Positions 14,001 through 26,497 of a stretch of DNA of 64,000 nucleotides are shown here, piece after piece. The number at the start of each line of letters is the position of its first letter. The first letter of the stretch is position 1. The stretch is from positions 62,001 to 126,000 of the forward strand of contig NW_002060973.1 of assembly GCF_000150275.1 (NCBI RefSeq). The letters run 5' to 3'. Made by a program: the position numbers and the translations under genes. The notes below the pieces were generated by a model that saw only the letters and a program-made list of their open reading frames with translations, did not search any database and was not told the DNA's origin. This stretch comes from Trichoplax adhaerens (lineage: Eukaryota; Animalia; Placozoa).

Positions 14001-17000
14001 AATCATAAAGGCTAAATGTTTTCTACTCTTCATTAACAACTTCCTTTGATATGCTTACCTGTATTAGGGTATTGTGAAAGAAGAAGGAAACTTTTTTGAT
14101 ATCCAAAAATTGAGCTCGAATGACATCAATTACATCGTCAACCAATTTATGAACGCGAATCAAAAGTCTTTGACTTCAGAAATGCGGCAATTGCTAATCA
14201 GTAAATGTCAAGCTTGTCCATGGCCGGCTTACGTTAATACAGTTATGTTATTAAGTCTTACCTGGAAGTCATTTACTGATTTGAGTAACTGTAACATTCC
14301 TACCGCTATGAACGAATTGATTGCGATTATTATTGAAAACTTAGAGAAAAAGTATGGTAAAATTTTGATGCAACGTTTATTAATTTATATTACTTTATCA
14401 AGAAAAGGTTTAACAGAAGCTGAATTGGAAGATATTTTATCCTGCGACGATGAAGTTTTGCGAGCAGTTTATCCAAATCGTGAACCAACAGTTCATCGTA
14501 TACCAACCTTGTTATGGATCAGAGTTCGAAATGAATTATCACCCTTTCTTGATGAAGCCTTCGCAGACGGATTTTCCGTTTTGCGTTGGAAGTTTCGAAA
14601 TTTTTCTGAAGTAATACGTAAAAGATACCTATCCAATGCAGACGATAAAACAGAACTACATTCCGTATTGGCAGATTACTTTTCCGATAAGTGGAAAGAC
14701 GGTAAACCATTTGAACGCTTAGATAGAATCACTGTTTTAGCAAATCGCCTTATTATGACCCAACCAGCTATTCTATCGTTGAGAAATAATGATGTGTTTC
14801 AGCCAACATTTAACTTACGTAAATTAAGTGAATTACCATATCATTTATTATACGCTCAAAGATTTGAGCAATTGAAAGAGCTAATGTGCAACTTTTTATG
14901 GCTACTTAGTAAGTTAGCAGCGACATCTATACATCATGTGCTTAATGATTTTGATATGGCCATTAGCAGTATACCAGGTAGTCAGCAGGATTTAAAATTA
15001 GTAAGGGAAACGTTAATTATGTCATTAGTTGCTCTTAATGATGATCCTGCACAACTAGCATCTCAGCTAATTGGCCGATTAGCCACTAAATTCTCTAGTG
15101 AAGGTAATTCTTACGCCAATTACCGTTATGTTAATATGCTATTACAACAAGCAGCTGATCCTGCAGTTCCAAGTTTGATTCCTCCTATCCATTGCGCTTC
15201 GTTGACACCACCAGGTGGTTCGCTTAGTCAATTACTCTCTGGTCACACTGGATCTATCCTTGCATTAACAGCTTCATCGAATGGCCATACTATATTTTCT
15301 GCCTCTTGGGATAAGACAATTAAACTATGGGATGCACGTACAGGATCATTAATAGGAACGATGGAAGGCTTAAGCACTATCAGAGAACAGCAATTGCGTA
15401 GTTTATCTAATTCGGCTAGTGAAGCTAGTGATTTAAGAGAAATTGTAAGTGGACTATCAACCAGCGCATATAGCAAGCAACTGAATAAAATTTGGTCCGT
15501 TGGTAAACGCTTGAGTGATATGAAATTATGTTGTCAAGATCGATTTTTAGTTACTACATGTTGGAATGTAGTTCAGTTGTGGCGTTTGGATCAAATGAAA
15601 TGTGTAGTAGAATTTGCTTCGCATGATGATATCCAGCATCGAGCAGCTTGTGTTGCTAATGTAACTAACAAGCAAGTATTGGTAACCTATGATGAAAGAG
15701 AAATGATCATTCATTTATGGAATATCGAAAAGTTTGGTCAATCTGTTCGCGATTTCAAGAGTAATTATCATAACATGAATTCAAGTTGGAGAATATCTGG
15801 AGCTTACGAAAATTTAGTAATGTTTATTAATTCGCCACAAGCCGTAATGCATGTCTTTAATGTGTCTAACGGTGAGACAATGCATCGTGTTCAAATCCCT
15901 CCTGCCGCAATGTATCGCTCGTTAATCACAACAAATGGGAGAATACTTCTTACCAACGATACTGATGATGCTGTCTCAGTTTGGGATGTCCGATCAGCTC
16001 AATGTCTTGGCGTCATTAAAGCAACGGAAGTCGATGAGTTATCATTTGATAATACCAGTTATGCCTTCCTGTCTACTAATAATAATTATTACATGATTAC
16101 AAATTATTTGAAAAACAGCAATATCCATAAATATGATTTATCAACTTTGGAAAGGAGTCCATTTTCTAGTTTACCTGTTGATAATATTAGTACATTTGTA
16201 TGCTCACCATCCTATGTGATTACAGCGGCGCACGCCGATCCAAGGATATTTGTTTGGGATACTAAAAGAGCTGAAACAACTGCTGCAACAGAATCAACAT
16301 TCTGCCCCAATTGGATTCAATTGGTCCGAAATGATGAAGATTATGTAGTCGCTTATCAAAAGAGCATGTCTTCTTTAACCATTTGGTATTATCCAACGTT
16401 TCGTTTGATCAGAACTTTAACGAATGTCAGCGAAAATATGTTTCATAAAGATGAATTAACCATCAATAAGGATATCTTAGTTTTAAGGAAATTACGAGAT
16501 TTAATCGTGTATGATTTTGAAAAGAATGTTATTGTCAACAACATTCGTGATGTAAGGGAAATTAGCGGTGATTTTCCTTACCTGACATCATATTCTGTCA
16601 TTGGTGATGATCGCATAGCTATTTTGCCACGTTCTGATAAAGCCATGTATATTATCAAAGTAAAAACCGGAGGTGTTGTTGCTCGATTACGTAAGGATGT
16701 TGAAGGTATTGAAAGCAAAGAAATTGTTGGCATGATGGTCAATCCACGCAGGACTGTTGCTGTTTTATTTGTTCAGTTTGAGATGCCCTATTTTACAGAA
16801 TTGATTGTATGGAATTTTCGAACATTTCATTCCACCATTTTCCACTTTGATCACAAAGAGCAGCGTTATAGCGAATTTACTATGTCATGTCTAAGTCCAG
16901 ATGGGCAATATTTAGCCTATAGAATGGAAAATCGCATGTACGTTAATTTATTATGCTTAACTGAGGGCAAAGTCAAAGCAAAACTCTTTTGCAACGCTGA

Positions 17001-17451
17001 TGTTCGAGCTATTAATATGACATCGGATAAGTTAATCATTAGCTATGGTAGTTCAGGCAGTATTGGCATCTGGGATTTAGTACTTGAGCGTTGGGTCCAC
17101 ACGCTTGCCGGGCATGTTTCCGGCATAAGTAGAATTGTGCTTACACCGGATTGTAGAATATGTGTCACTGTCGCCGATGGACTAGATTGCTCTGTCCGTA
17201 TGTGGGATGTTATAAAGCATAAGCAACTATCAGTTTTTACATCTGATGTTAAAATTTTCCAAGACAACATTGTTTTAAATAATGAAGGGAATTGTATTAT
17301 TCTCCATATGCCCGGTATGGGTTCAATTATGACTTTGAGATTGGTATCACCAGATTCGTCGGAAAATAAAACAGTCGCCATAGATGATTCTTTTTCAACG
17401 GACGCTGCCAAGGAAAGTAAAGTCATCGATGCTTCTGTTGCTATAAGCTAG
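8006..17451 (+). CDS. F5/8 type C (discoidin) + DUF4062-like + NACHT/STAND NTPase + WD40 repeat protein, NWD1/NWD2-like, ~1982 aa
   Basis: 14 phase-compatible exons: 8006-8081, 8163-8479, 8559-8712, 8855-8961, 9072-9157, 9253-9318, 9390-9510, 10066-10159, 10251-10349, 10441-10643, 10823-11126, 11235-11959, 13050-13262, 14068-17451 (5949 nt). Discoidin motifs PLGLENEKIKDPAITASS, ARL, QFLQIDLG, IATQG, FKGN, MRVEIYG. NWD-type N-terminal motifs DTIEERKAI, QIIDYNW, GQKYG. Walker A GPAGSGKS and Walker B LYLDGLDQL. GLTEAELEDILSCDDEVL and FNLRKLSELPYHL are typical of NWD/TEP1 relatives. WD40 repeats GHTGSI...SASWDKTIKLWD and GHVSGI...DCSVRMWD. Confidence 0.88.
8962..9071 (+). other. Non-canonical GC-AG intron in the discoidin-NWD gene
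   Basis: Donor CAG|GCAAGT matches the GC-AG consensus and the acceptor is tgtaacag|. Using it keeps the frame open between exons 8855-8961 and 9072-9157. Confidence 0.65.
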
Positions 17452-17497
17452 AATAAACGTATTTTGGTTATATAGCGTATCCTGTATTGAACTCGGT

Positions 17498-17795
17498 ATC
17501 ATTTACTATATTAGCCTTGAATGGCTTCATGCTCAAAACCCATTCTATGTAATATACTCCCTAAGTGCCTTGATTTTAAGGGATAAACAATGTCTATTGA
17601 TATCCCGTTTTTTAAATTTGCTATCAATAATTATATATATGCATACTTTCCATCATTGACTATATTAGCCTTGAACGGCTTCATGCTCAAAACCCGTCCT
17701 ATGTAATATACTCCCTAAATGCCTTGATTTTAAGGGATAAACAGTGTCTATTGGTATCCGGTTTTTTTTAAATTCGCTATCAATAATTATATATA
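17498..17795. repeat. Direct tandem duplication (2 copies, ~154-bp period) just after the NWD stop codon
   Basis: Copies at 17498-17640 and 17652-17795 share ACTATATTAGCCTTGAAyGGCTTCATGCTCAAAACCC...GCCTTGATTTTAAGGGATAAACA...GCTATCAATAATTATATATA with few substitutions. Confidence 0.93.
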
Positions 17796-18633
17796 CTGTA
17801 AAAATATAGCAGCAGTAATACAGAACAACAGTTGTTAAAATACACTGTAATACTGCACGATAATCGCATACGTGTATACCGTAGCGTATAGACGCGTATA
17901 TTAGATAGTTTTACTAATAAACATGATTTTAAGGCAATATCAGTTGCGAAATCCTAGTATTACTGTGCTTGATTAAATAGCGGCCAAAACATGAATGTTG
18001 TCTTAGCTTGTAGATACTGCAAAGTAGTGTCTCAAAAAGATTCACGTAAAATGACAGAATTTGTGATTGCTCTATTTCATTAAAATTAGACCAATAATTA
18101 ATCAATTAATCAGAGCATCAATGATTTATTAATGAATGCGTTCAAAAATATGCAATACAGCACAATGTGTATTCTGTTCAATGACACGTATGGACGCAGA
18201 TTGTTGAATACAAAACGATAATTAGCAGAGTTTATTATTATTTTCCGCTGCAAAGTTCAATAACTACAATTATACCTACTAATGCACAGATCAGTTCTGC
18301 TAACACTCTACAGTTTTGACTAGCAGTTAAGGATCTACTTTTGTAAGATAGATTTGTATAATAATAGACGCTTAAACTTGATAGTGAACCGGATCAATAT
18401 TGTAGCCTAGTGATGTTTCTTATCGTGTAGTTGAATTAGAATCTTTTAGATGATTTAATATACTGTAATACACGAAGGAGTATTGTACCTACTCTTTCTT
18501 GGTACCAATGGTCTATTTTTCCCATTTTTTATTACCGATATATGATTTTGTGTATGATAATGTTAACTTATTGACTAAATGAACTATTTCTTGTTTTGGA
18601 TAATAAATTGGTCATAAATTTGTTTAAATTATT

Positions 18634-18790
18634 TTGAGGCATCTCGATCAGAATGATATGAAAGTTATCTCTACCATAAAAATACGTAAATCATTAAAAT
18701 TTACTGCCAGCCGCAATATTTTAAGTCATTGGCAACGCGGTGCATCATTGCGCTTAGAAGCTTACTCGTATCATGAAAACTGCAGCTGTA
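18634..18790 (+). pseudogene. Possible decayed C-terminal fragment of an F5/8 type C (discoidin) domain
   Basis: FTASRNILSHWQRGASLRLEAYS resembles the discoidin C-terminal strand consensus (ARxxRxxPxxWxxxxSLRxExYG; compare SWCSRGIGMRVEIYG at ~8650-8693). No intact gene structure surrounds it. Confidence 0.3.
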
Positions 18791-19229
18791 CTGTATATTT
18801 GTTCGTTAATTTTACCATGTCTCTCAGATATTTTCGCTGAAAGGGATATCATCACTGGTGATGACTTTTCGTGGTGTACTATTGCGCTTATAAATTTATT
18901 ATTAATACTGCATGATGGGCTTTACTTGAAGAAAAGTAATACTAAAGTTTCAGTAAACTATCCGTTAACTTTGGTAAGATTTCAGCCATTCTCAGCGATG
19001 GGTAATGTGCAAGAAAGCGAATGAGGAGACTGTTGTGCCAAAGAGCGTCAGGGGCGGGAAATATCACGTAACGGAAATCGCACGTAGCAAACCATTATGA
19101 CAGGAATGAAGTGATAACTACAGTATACAGTACACGTACTGTACTCGGTGTACAGTATACTGTACTGTAGTGCATACGCGCAAATACTTGCCCTGTTACT
19201 GTAATGAATCAGCAGCGTCAAAAGCTATG

Positions 19230-20280
19230 GTGTCTTCTACTTGGATTTTTCTGGCCTTCTTAGCGAAATTTCTTAGAGTAATCCACCTTCTACATCAAGT
19301 ATAAAGCGACGGATAATCACTACTGTCACTATTAAGATATTTTTACTACACTTGTATTTTTACAGGCTTTTATGTTAGGAAATTTTCGAAATGTACCATT
19401 CTCCACCACCTGTATCAGGCCAAAAGCCCGTAAAAGGCGTTCGGTAAAACATTGTCTTGACGATAAAGAAGTGTTTCACCACGCTTGGAATTTTCATCTT
19501 CCTGGCTTTCATAGCAGAAATTTAGATCAATATGTGTTCGTCATTCTTTTACGCTTATCGGCTTTCTATGTCAAGCAAAGAGCTCGTAAACTGTCTAGCA
19601 TAACATGCATTGCTTTCGCCGTACAGTTACTTTCACTTCCATGATGAAAGCATTTTGTCATTCGAACCGATACTCATCCCACCTCGTACTTTCACTTGGA
19701 TTTTGGACAGCCTCTAAGGAAAATTAAATTAGTCAACTTTCGACGTCCACAAACAAAGGGCCTTCATAAAGCTGCTGGCAATTGATCTTACCGTAGAGGT
19801 ATTTTTTTTTCCTCACTCGAATTCTTCATAGGCTGTAATGGTGGAAATTTGGATCTAAATATCCGAAATTCTTGAAGCTAATCAACTTTCTACATCAAGC
19901 AAGAGAGCTCAGAAAGCGACCCACAAACGTACTTCTCTCAGCTTCGCACTATAGAATTTTTTTGTCACCTTTTCTAATGAAAGCAATATGTCAGCTATGT
20001 CGATATTCATTGCACCTCTGACTTCCGCTTGGATTTCTCACAGCCTTTCATAAAGCGGCCTGCGGTCAGCCAGGCCTATGGAGTCACGCCTGGCAGAATT
20101 CAAGCCATGAAAGTGTAGGGACTGTACCTTTATGGTGAAGTATACTCTTTGCCAGGTGTAGCGATACCCGTCAATAATAAAATGTGCTTTTCATTGCGCC
20201 TCTGGTTTCAATTGGATATTTCACAGGCATTAACAGTGGGAAATTTTTCAAGCTAATCAATTTGCTACTATGCTACTATG
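19230..20280. repeat. Degenerate internally repeated region, probably a mobile-element relic
   Basis: Recurring blocks such as CTTTCTAyrTCAAGCAA..GAGCTC (~19562, ~19886; partial at ~19287), ATGAAAGCA..TGTCA...CACCTC...CTTGGATTT...ACAGCCT (~19644-19713, ~19977-20046) and TTCATAAAGC. Confidence 0.6.
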
Positions 20281-22329
20281 CGGACTGGACCGGAAAAGAG
20301 CTAATTACTGTAGATTATATATATCGTCATGAGTATCGATTTCGCTCAATCGTAGATTGATAGCAGTCAATAAAATGCTGTTTTGCACGAATGACAGCAC
20401 TTAATTCAAAGGAACGATTGCATGCAGTATTTCAGGAAGCAACTCCTTTCACTTGTTCTTGCTTTGGCGTGATAAAGCAAGGATCATGACTAGTCACGTA
20501 ATGATATAGCATCATCAGCAAAATAGGTATGCATACGCAAGTAAATACAGACTTCTTATATTGGAGTGGGCATAAAGTTATCGTTTTACAGTTTCATTTA
20601 ATTTGTACTAATATTTTTGCTAGGAAGGTTTATGAAAAAAGAAGTGACAACGCAACCATTTTTTTTCGCGGTTGAAATTAAAGTGTCTATCTATACAAGA
20701 ATTAGGAATGCACATACAACGCACCATTGAGACCACATTACGAAATCGTTATGTTTCAGTAGGAAAAGAGGACAAGGTACAGTACCATGGCTTAAGGTTA
20801 AGTAAGTAGAAATTCATACCTGTATAATCAGACAGTAACTGCTAATGAAGGAACAATACGTACATAAGAGTAATAACATCCCTTTCGCTGTAGCATTTTA
20901 GCGATTGGCGGTTGTATAGTACATGACTTAAAAATTCTTCGTAGAAAGCAACATTCATCGCAATATCATAAGATTTCTCCCGTAATATTGTATATAGTTG
21001 CAAATCTAGTGACATCAAATTAGTGTAAAAATCTCATTGCACCCCATGTTAGTAAGAACGTTCCATCGTAGTCAAAGTGATAGCATAATCAGTAACACAA
21101 CAAGACAAAAAATGAAGAAAGGTTTGGATGGAGATTATCCTAACCCTAATCTACGACCTTGTTGCATTATTTACTTGAAATGAATGATGACTACGGTTAA
21201 ATTAGAATTTTAATGCAGGCGACGTGTGTCATTTTATTACGAACTGGGTCAGTAATCAGTTAACTTGCTGATCACTACTCTATTATTAAGATATCACCTT
21301 CAAGTCAATTCGACCTAGAAATGGAATTGGATATTTCCGGTGATTATCGCGCTTATTTCTACTGAATAAACCATTCGCTTCAGTTAAAGAATCCAACGAT
21401 TACCTTGAATCAACAATACTGATCACATTGCAATTACATTAAGATGGTTCATTTTATTGGTTGGATAATCATAATTAACTAATCAGATATGACTATTTAG
21501 ATCATGACGTATATTGACTTAACGGAATGGTTATAATCCACAGTTGAACACCATTCATTTCATTGATTTCGCAGCCGTAACTAGGAAATCATCGATTTAA
21601 AACGTGATAACTTGAATTAATGACTTATCAGTGCAATCTACGAAAAACTGGATACTTTAAGATTTTACAGTGAGATATAAAGCTTATAGTGCATGCCATG
21701 TCTTCAAATGGCTATGCATCCGTAACTTATGAAAAGACAAGGCACAATTACAGCACTTTGATTATGTTTACTTCTGAACCAATGTGTTCTACAGTAGTAT
21801 AGCTTAAAATAACTCCTAATTTAGGCTTTTCATTCTAGTATCAAATAGTAGTTGTTTAAATTTGCTAGTAAAAATTGAGTACAATACTTTATGATTGATA
21901 AACGTTAGCGAACTTTGGTATATGGTATAACTAAGCCAGAATAGAATTTAATTTATTCAACTACAACAGTCAGATTGGATCTACAAATGCAGATTAGTAG
22001 TGCTTGTTATCTTAAATGTTGATTAACGACATTTATATCCATGAACTACGCAAGTATTGACTCATATGTTAGTACGCACGCAAGCTTACAGTTTGCTGAT
22101 TTAAACTGAACTGCCTGCAAATAGATAAGAGTTGTACCCATAAATTATAGCCCTGAATACACTGATAAGTATTTCTGGAACTATCAAATCTTACTGTGCG
22201 ATCTTGACTATCATATTACAATTGTACAATGTTAACGAAGAGAAATAAAAATATAAAGCATTCATCAACAAATAAGTACACTGCAGTCATTAACCTTTTA
22301 CCATCGAACCTTAAAATATAAATTAAGAC

Positions 22330-25300
22330 TTACGCGATGTTAATGTTATAACGTTTGCTTTCTATATCGCTATCGTTAAAGCAGTTATTGTTTTTATTGT
22401 TATTATTATTATTATTATTTTTTTCTTTTTCCAAACTATCGGAACAATAAACTATAGCAGTATTGCCTGAGCATGTGTAAAATACAGAATTTTCCATCTT
22501 GTTGACATTTTTCATGGCTACGTTGGTTAACTTTGCCTTAGTACTTGATTCGTTCCTCTTAATTGTGATCGTATAACCAGCTGAATCTTGTGTTTTATCC
22601 TTGGAATTTCTTGATTCATTGGTAGTGGTCTGTCGTTGTTTGTAATTCATGACAGCGATGGCGATAATAAGAATGATCAGAGAACATACGCAAGTGACCA
22701 CAACAATAAACCAGGGCTGGTTATAAAATTGGATGGAAGCCTTTGTCACTTTTATGGATGTCGTTTGAATGGATAGAGTACTACTGGCTTTACTGTTCGC
22801 TTTGGGGCCTTTAGTTATTAATTGTACATCGTAAAGAGTATTGGACGATAAATTGGTTAATTCGATCTGGCGACTTTTAGCCGGAATGTTATCGTCGTAA
22901 ATATCAAATTTAGATGAAATGGATTCTTTATATTCTAGAATAAACCCCATTACATCAGATTCCTGTACCTGCCACGCTATTAGTGCTGTATGTTGTGATA
23001 TATTAACAACTTCTAGGTTAAATGGCGAGGAAGGAATGATTGATCGAGTCACAGCTATGACCGAAATTGGTACACCCCCACCGTTTTTGTTACTTGCTGC
23101 AACTGTAAATCTGTATTTACCATCAATGAAAGGTCTTGATAGCAATAGAGAGGTTAAGTTACCATCATGAATGTGTATTTGCCATTCATCGGTACGATGT
23201 ACTGCTAATCCATACGATATAGTATAACTGGTAACGAAGCTGTCTACGACAATTGGAGGTTGCCAAGTAAGTTGAATTGTACCAATATTGATCTCTTTCG
23301 CTTGTAATTGTTGGACTGGCCCTAAAGGCAGCACATTGAATGATAAATTGCTTGTTTTAATTAAAATAAAACTATAATCAAGTATGTTTGATACAAGATC
23401 GGTAATTATTGTGTAACTATGATTATTTTACCTGGAACAGGATCGGAAAGAATCAGAGAAGATTGCAAATATGTTTTGCTATCGCCACCTTCATTGAATG
23501 CATTAATTTGGTAATTATAACTCTTACCAGCATCTAAGTTTTCCAATAATATAGTGCTCCGATGATACAGAGTTTTAGTTGTCCTGTTTATAGCGTCATC
23601 GTGATCTATTAATTCCACCTATGTTTGCGACGAAAAAGTAATATAGAACAGAGTTACAATCTAATTTCCGTCGTAATTTAATCTACTTCTATTTCTTAGG
23701 TAACAGTGATAATCTTACCGTCAAAGTGTGATCACATAAATTGATAACTCAGTATTTCTTAGATTGACTGAGACTGGCATTAAGATACAGTATTGGCTAA
23801 TATTTTACAGTAGGAGGCTTACATAATTGTTATAATGGTCAGATCGCAATGCATCATAGTTTTACTTACTCTGTAACCAATAACGCTGTTACTTAATGTT
23901 TGACTGTGATTACTTTCAGAAAAAAAAGACCAAGTTAAAACGACAGCACTGTAAGAGATAACATAAACCGATACATTTTTAACTATTCCATGAGGTGGCT
24001 GGTTTCCGAAACGAACTGTGAGATTTTGATGAGGGTCGACAGTTATACCAACATTGTTGTAGGAGAAGACGCGTATAACATAGTGCTTGTCTGGTTGTAA
24101 TCCAGTTACGATAGTATGGTTAATACTGAAATCTGGCAAGGAAATATTTCGCCGTTGAAATAAACCTCCGAATGCACTTCTTTCACTTAATATAATGCGA
24201 TAGCCGAAACCCGGTGCGAAGTGAAACAATCTAGGAACTGATTTCCACCATACCTCAATTCCATTTATTTCTTGAGCATATCTTGCTCTCACACTTAATG
24301 GAGGATAGCCTGGCGCTTCAAAGTACGTATTATTAATATACAGATATGCAGGTCTACTAGAGCCTAGTTTATTGACTGCGATAACTGCAACGCGGTAAAT
24401 ATTGAAGGGATAAACTGCAACCATAGCTGATGCTTGCCAAACGGGAATATTATCTTTCAGTAAGTGATAATGATGTGAATTAGTAGCAACCAATAACTTA
24501 TAATATAGCAGCGGGCTATTGTTCGCCCTGCCAGGGCGCCATGTTATCATGACTGATTTCTTATTACCTATTAAGTTATATTGCGTTTCAACTGGTGGTA
24601 ATGGTGGTCCTTGGATAATAACTTTCCCATCAGCTTTAGCAAATTTGCGTGTACTGCCAGTTGGTACAAATGAAATAACCACACAATTATAAGTATTGCT
24701 GTCATTGATGGATGCTTCTTGAATGACTAACTTGCTGCTAGTTTCTTTATAAGCCGAAATTTGGACTGCTCCACTATTTTGTAATTCTTCCCTATCGTTA
24801 TTTTTATACCAATGAACACTTGTAGCCAAACGACGATCTTTATTTATTAAACATGTTAAAGTAATCGTACTACCGATCGGAGCCTGAATTACTGGTGGTA
24901 CTACGTTGGCGGTAGTTTCTCGGCACACATTAATCATGACACCTCGACTTTGGGTCTTACCATAAACATTACTAGCAGCGCATTTATATAATCCTTCATC
25001 AGTGGTTTTTAATGAATGAATAGTAAATCCAAATCCTTTGACATATGTTATATGATCATTGACATCTATATTTACGTAGCGATTATTTTTAATTAATTGC
25101 GCTCTGGCTTCTGGAATTCCTTCAGCTACACAATCGATGGAAACGGAATCTCCAATTAACGCTATAACTTCTTCACTGGGTACCTTAATTAGAGTTGGTG
25201 GACAACCGTGGACATTCAGGTAGGCATTACTTACAATATTGCCAATACTATTCATAGCTATACAAGTATACATATTTGCATCTTCGATAATAGCGTTGTG

Positions 25301-26497
25301 GACGGTTAGATTACCGTTATTTGTAATGGTATATTTGCTACCATTATGGATGCGCTGCGCATTATGGTACCACAAGTAAATAATATTATCGCCGTCAGCA
25401 ACGCACTGAAATGTAACGTTGTGAGTAAAGCATGCTTCAGCATTTTTGAGTGGTATCTTCCATTTTGGCTGTCGAATAACGTTAATATCACATTCTGAGA
25501 AATTATGACTATCAATTGAAAAAGCATAGCAGGAGTATGTACCACGAAGATTCGGTTGTATATCTTTTATTACCAATTCTCGCAAATGATTTTGTATCGC
25601 AATCGCAGGATGTGTAGTCAAAATTTGATCATTATATAACCACATGATCTTTGGCAATGGCTTACCATAAGCCATACATTCTAACTTGATATTACTGCCA
25701 GCTAAGACGGTAGAATCATGTAAAGATTTAACGATGGCAGTTGGTACTCGTAGTAGAGACGGTTGTTGCGTGAAATTCAGTCGTTGCCACTGCCCGTAAA
25801 CGTTGATATTAACAAAGCTGTCATTAGATACAAGGTAAAATGTTTGTGTGACGATACAACGATAAACTCCAGCGTCTTTTGATTCAGTAAAACTAAAATA
25901 TAAATTGCCATTAGATTTGGATATAAAAATTCGCTCATTTACTATCACTGGATGTTGTTGCTGTTTGCCTTGATTAGTTACCTCAGACTGACGTACCCAT
26001 GTAATATTGACAATTGGCGGTATAATTTTAGTTGATGGTAAATTGCAGTTCAGCATGACACCGGACCCTAACCTTCGGATGGTATCAGGGAGATTATGAG
26101 GAATGGGTACCCTGTTGCCCACATCGACAGTAGCCAACCGACTAACGCTAGTCCCCCATTGATTAGTAGCAAAACACTGATATTGACCATGATCTCTTCT
26201 CGTGGCTGCTAGTATTGTTAAGCTACCATCTATTAATTTTATTCGACTACTGGACGTTATTTCGAAACCATTATGTCTCCATCTGTAGCTGATTAAGTCA
26301 TAACTTCTAGCGCGACATTTTAAGTAGAGAGGTAATCCGATCACAGCAGCTCTACGATCGACATAATCCATTGGCTGTAATTCGAATTCTGGTAGTTGAA
26401 TTCCCCCTTGATGAAGATGAGCACGGTCACTAACAATTAAAATAAAATAAGTTGAAAAATATAGTAATGTTGTAGATGCAACTATCGCCTTCATCAT
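22330..26497 (-). CDS. L1-family Ig superfamily cell adhesion molecule, divergent paralogue (signal peptide, 6 Ig, 5 FN3, TM, tail without ankyrin motif), ~1268 aa
   Basis: Exons 26497-23870 (ends GYR|gtaagt, phase 0), 23618-23432 (ends PVP G|gtaaaa, phase 1) and 23321-22330. Six Ig Cys pairs (YQC, YRC, YSC, YTC, YKC, YNC) and five FN3 repeats. TM FYNQPWFIVVVTCVCSLIILIIAIAVM. Confidence 0.92.
22384..22418 (-). repeat. (AAT/AAC)n coding microsatellite giving a poly-Asn tract in the divergent L1 tail
   Basis: KNNNNNNNNKNNN near the C terminus of ORF 22330..23334. Confidence 0.85.

Noticed and set aside
14519-17426. Minus-strand ORFs inside the NWD last exon, and similar ORFs inside the L1 exons
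   Set aside because: Antisense or alternate-frame shadows of long real exons, with no motifs or splice support.
21138-21152. CCTAACCCTAA telomere-like words (also ~48986)
   Set aside because: Only about two units, which is expected by chance.
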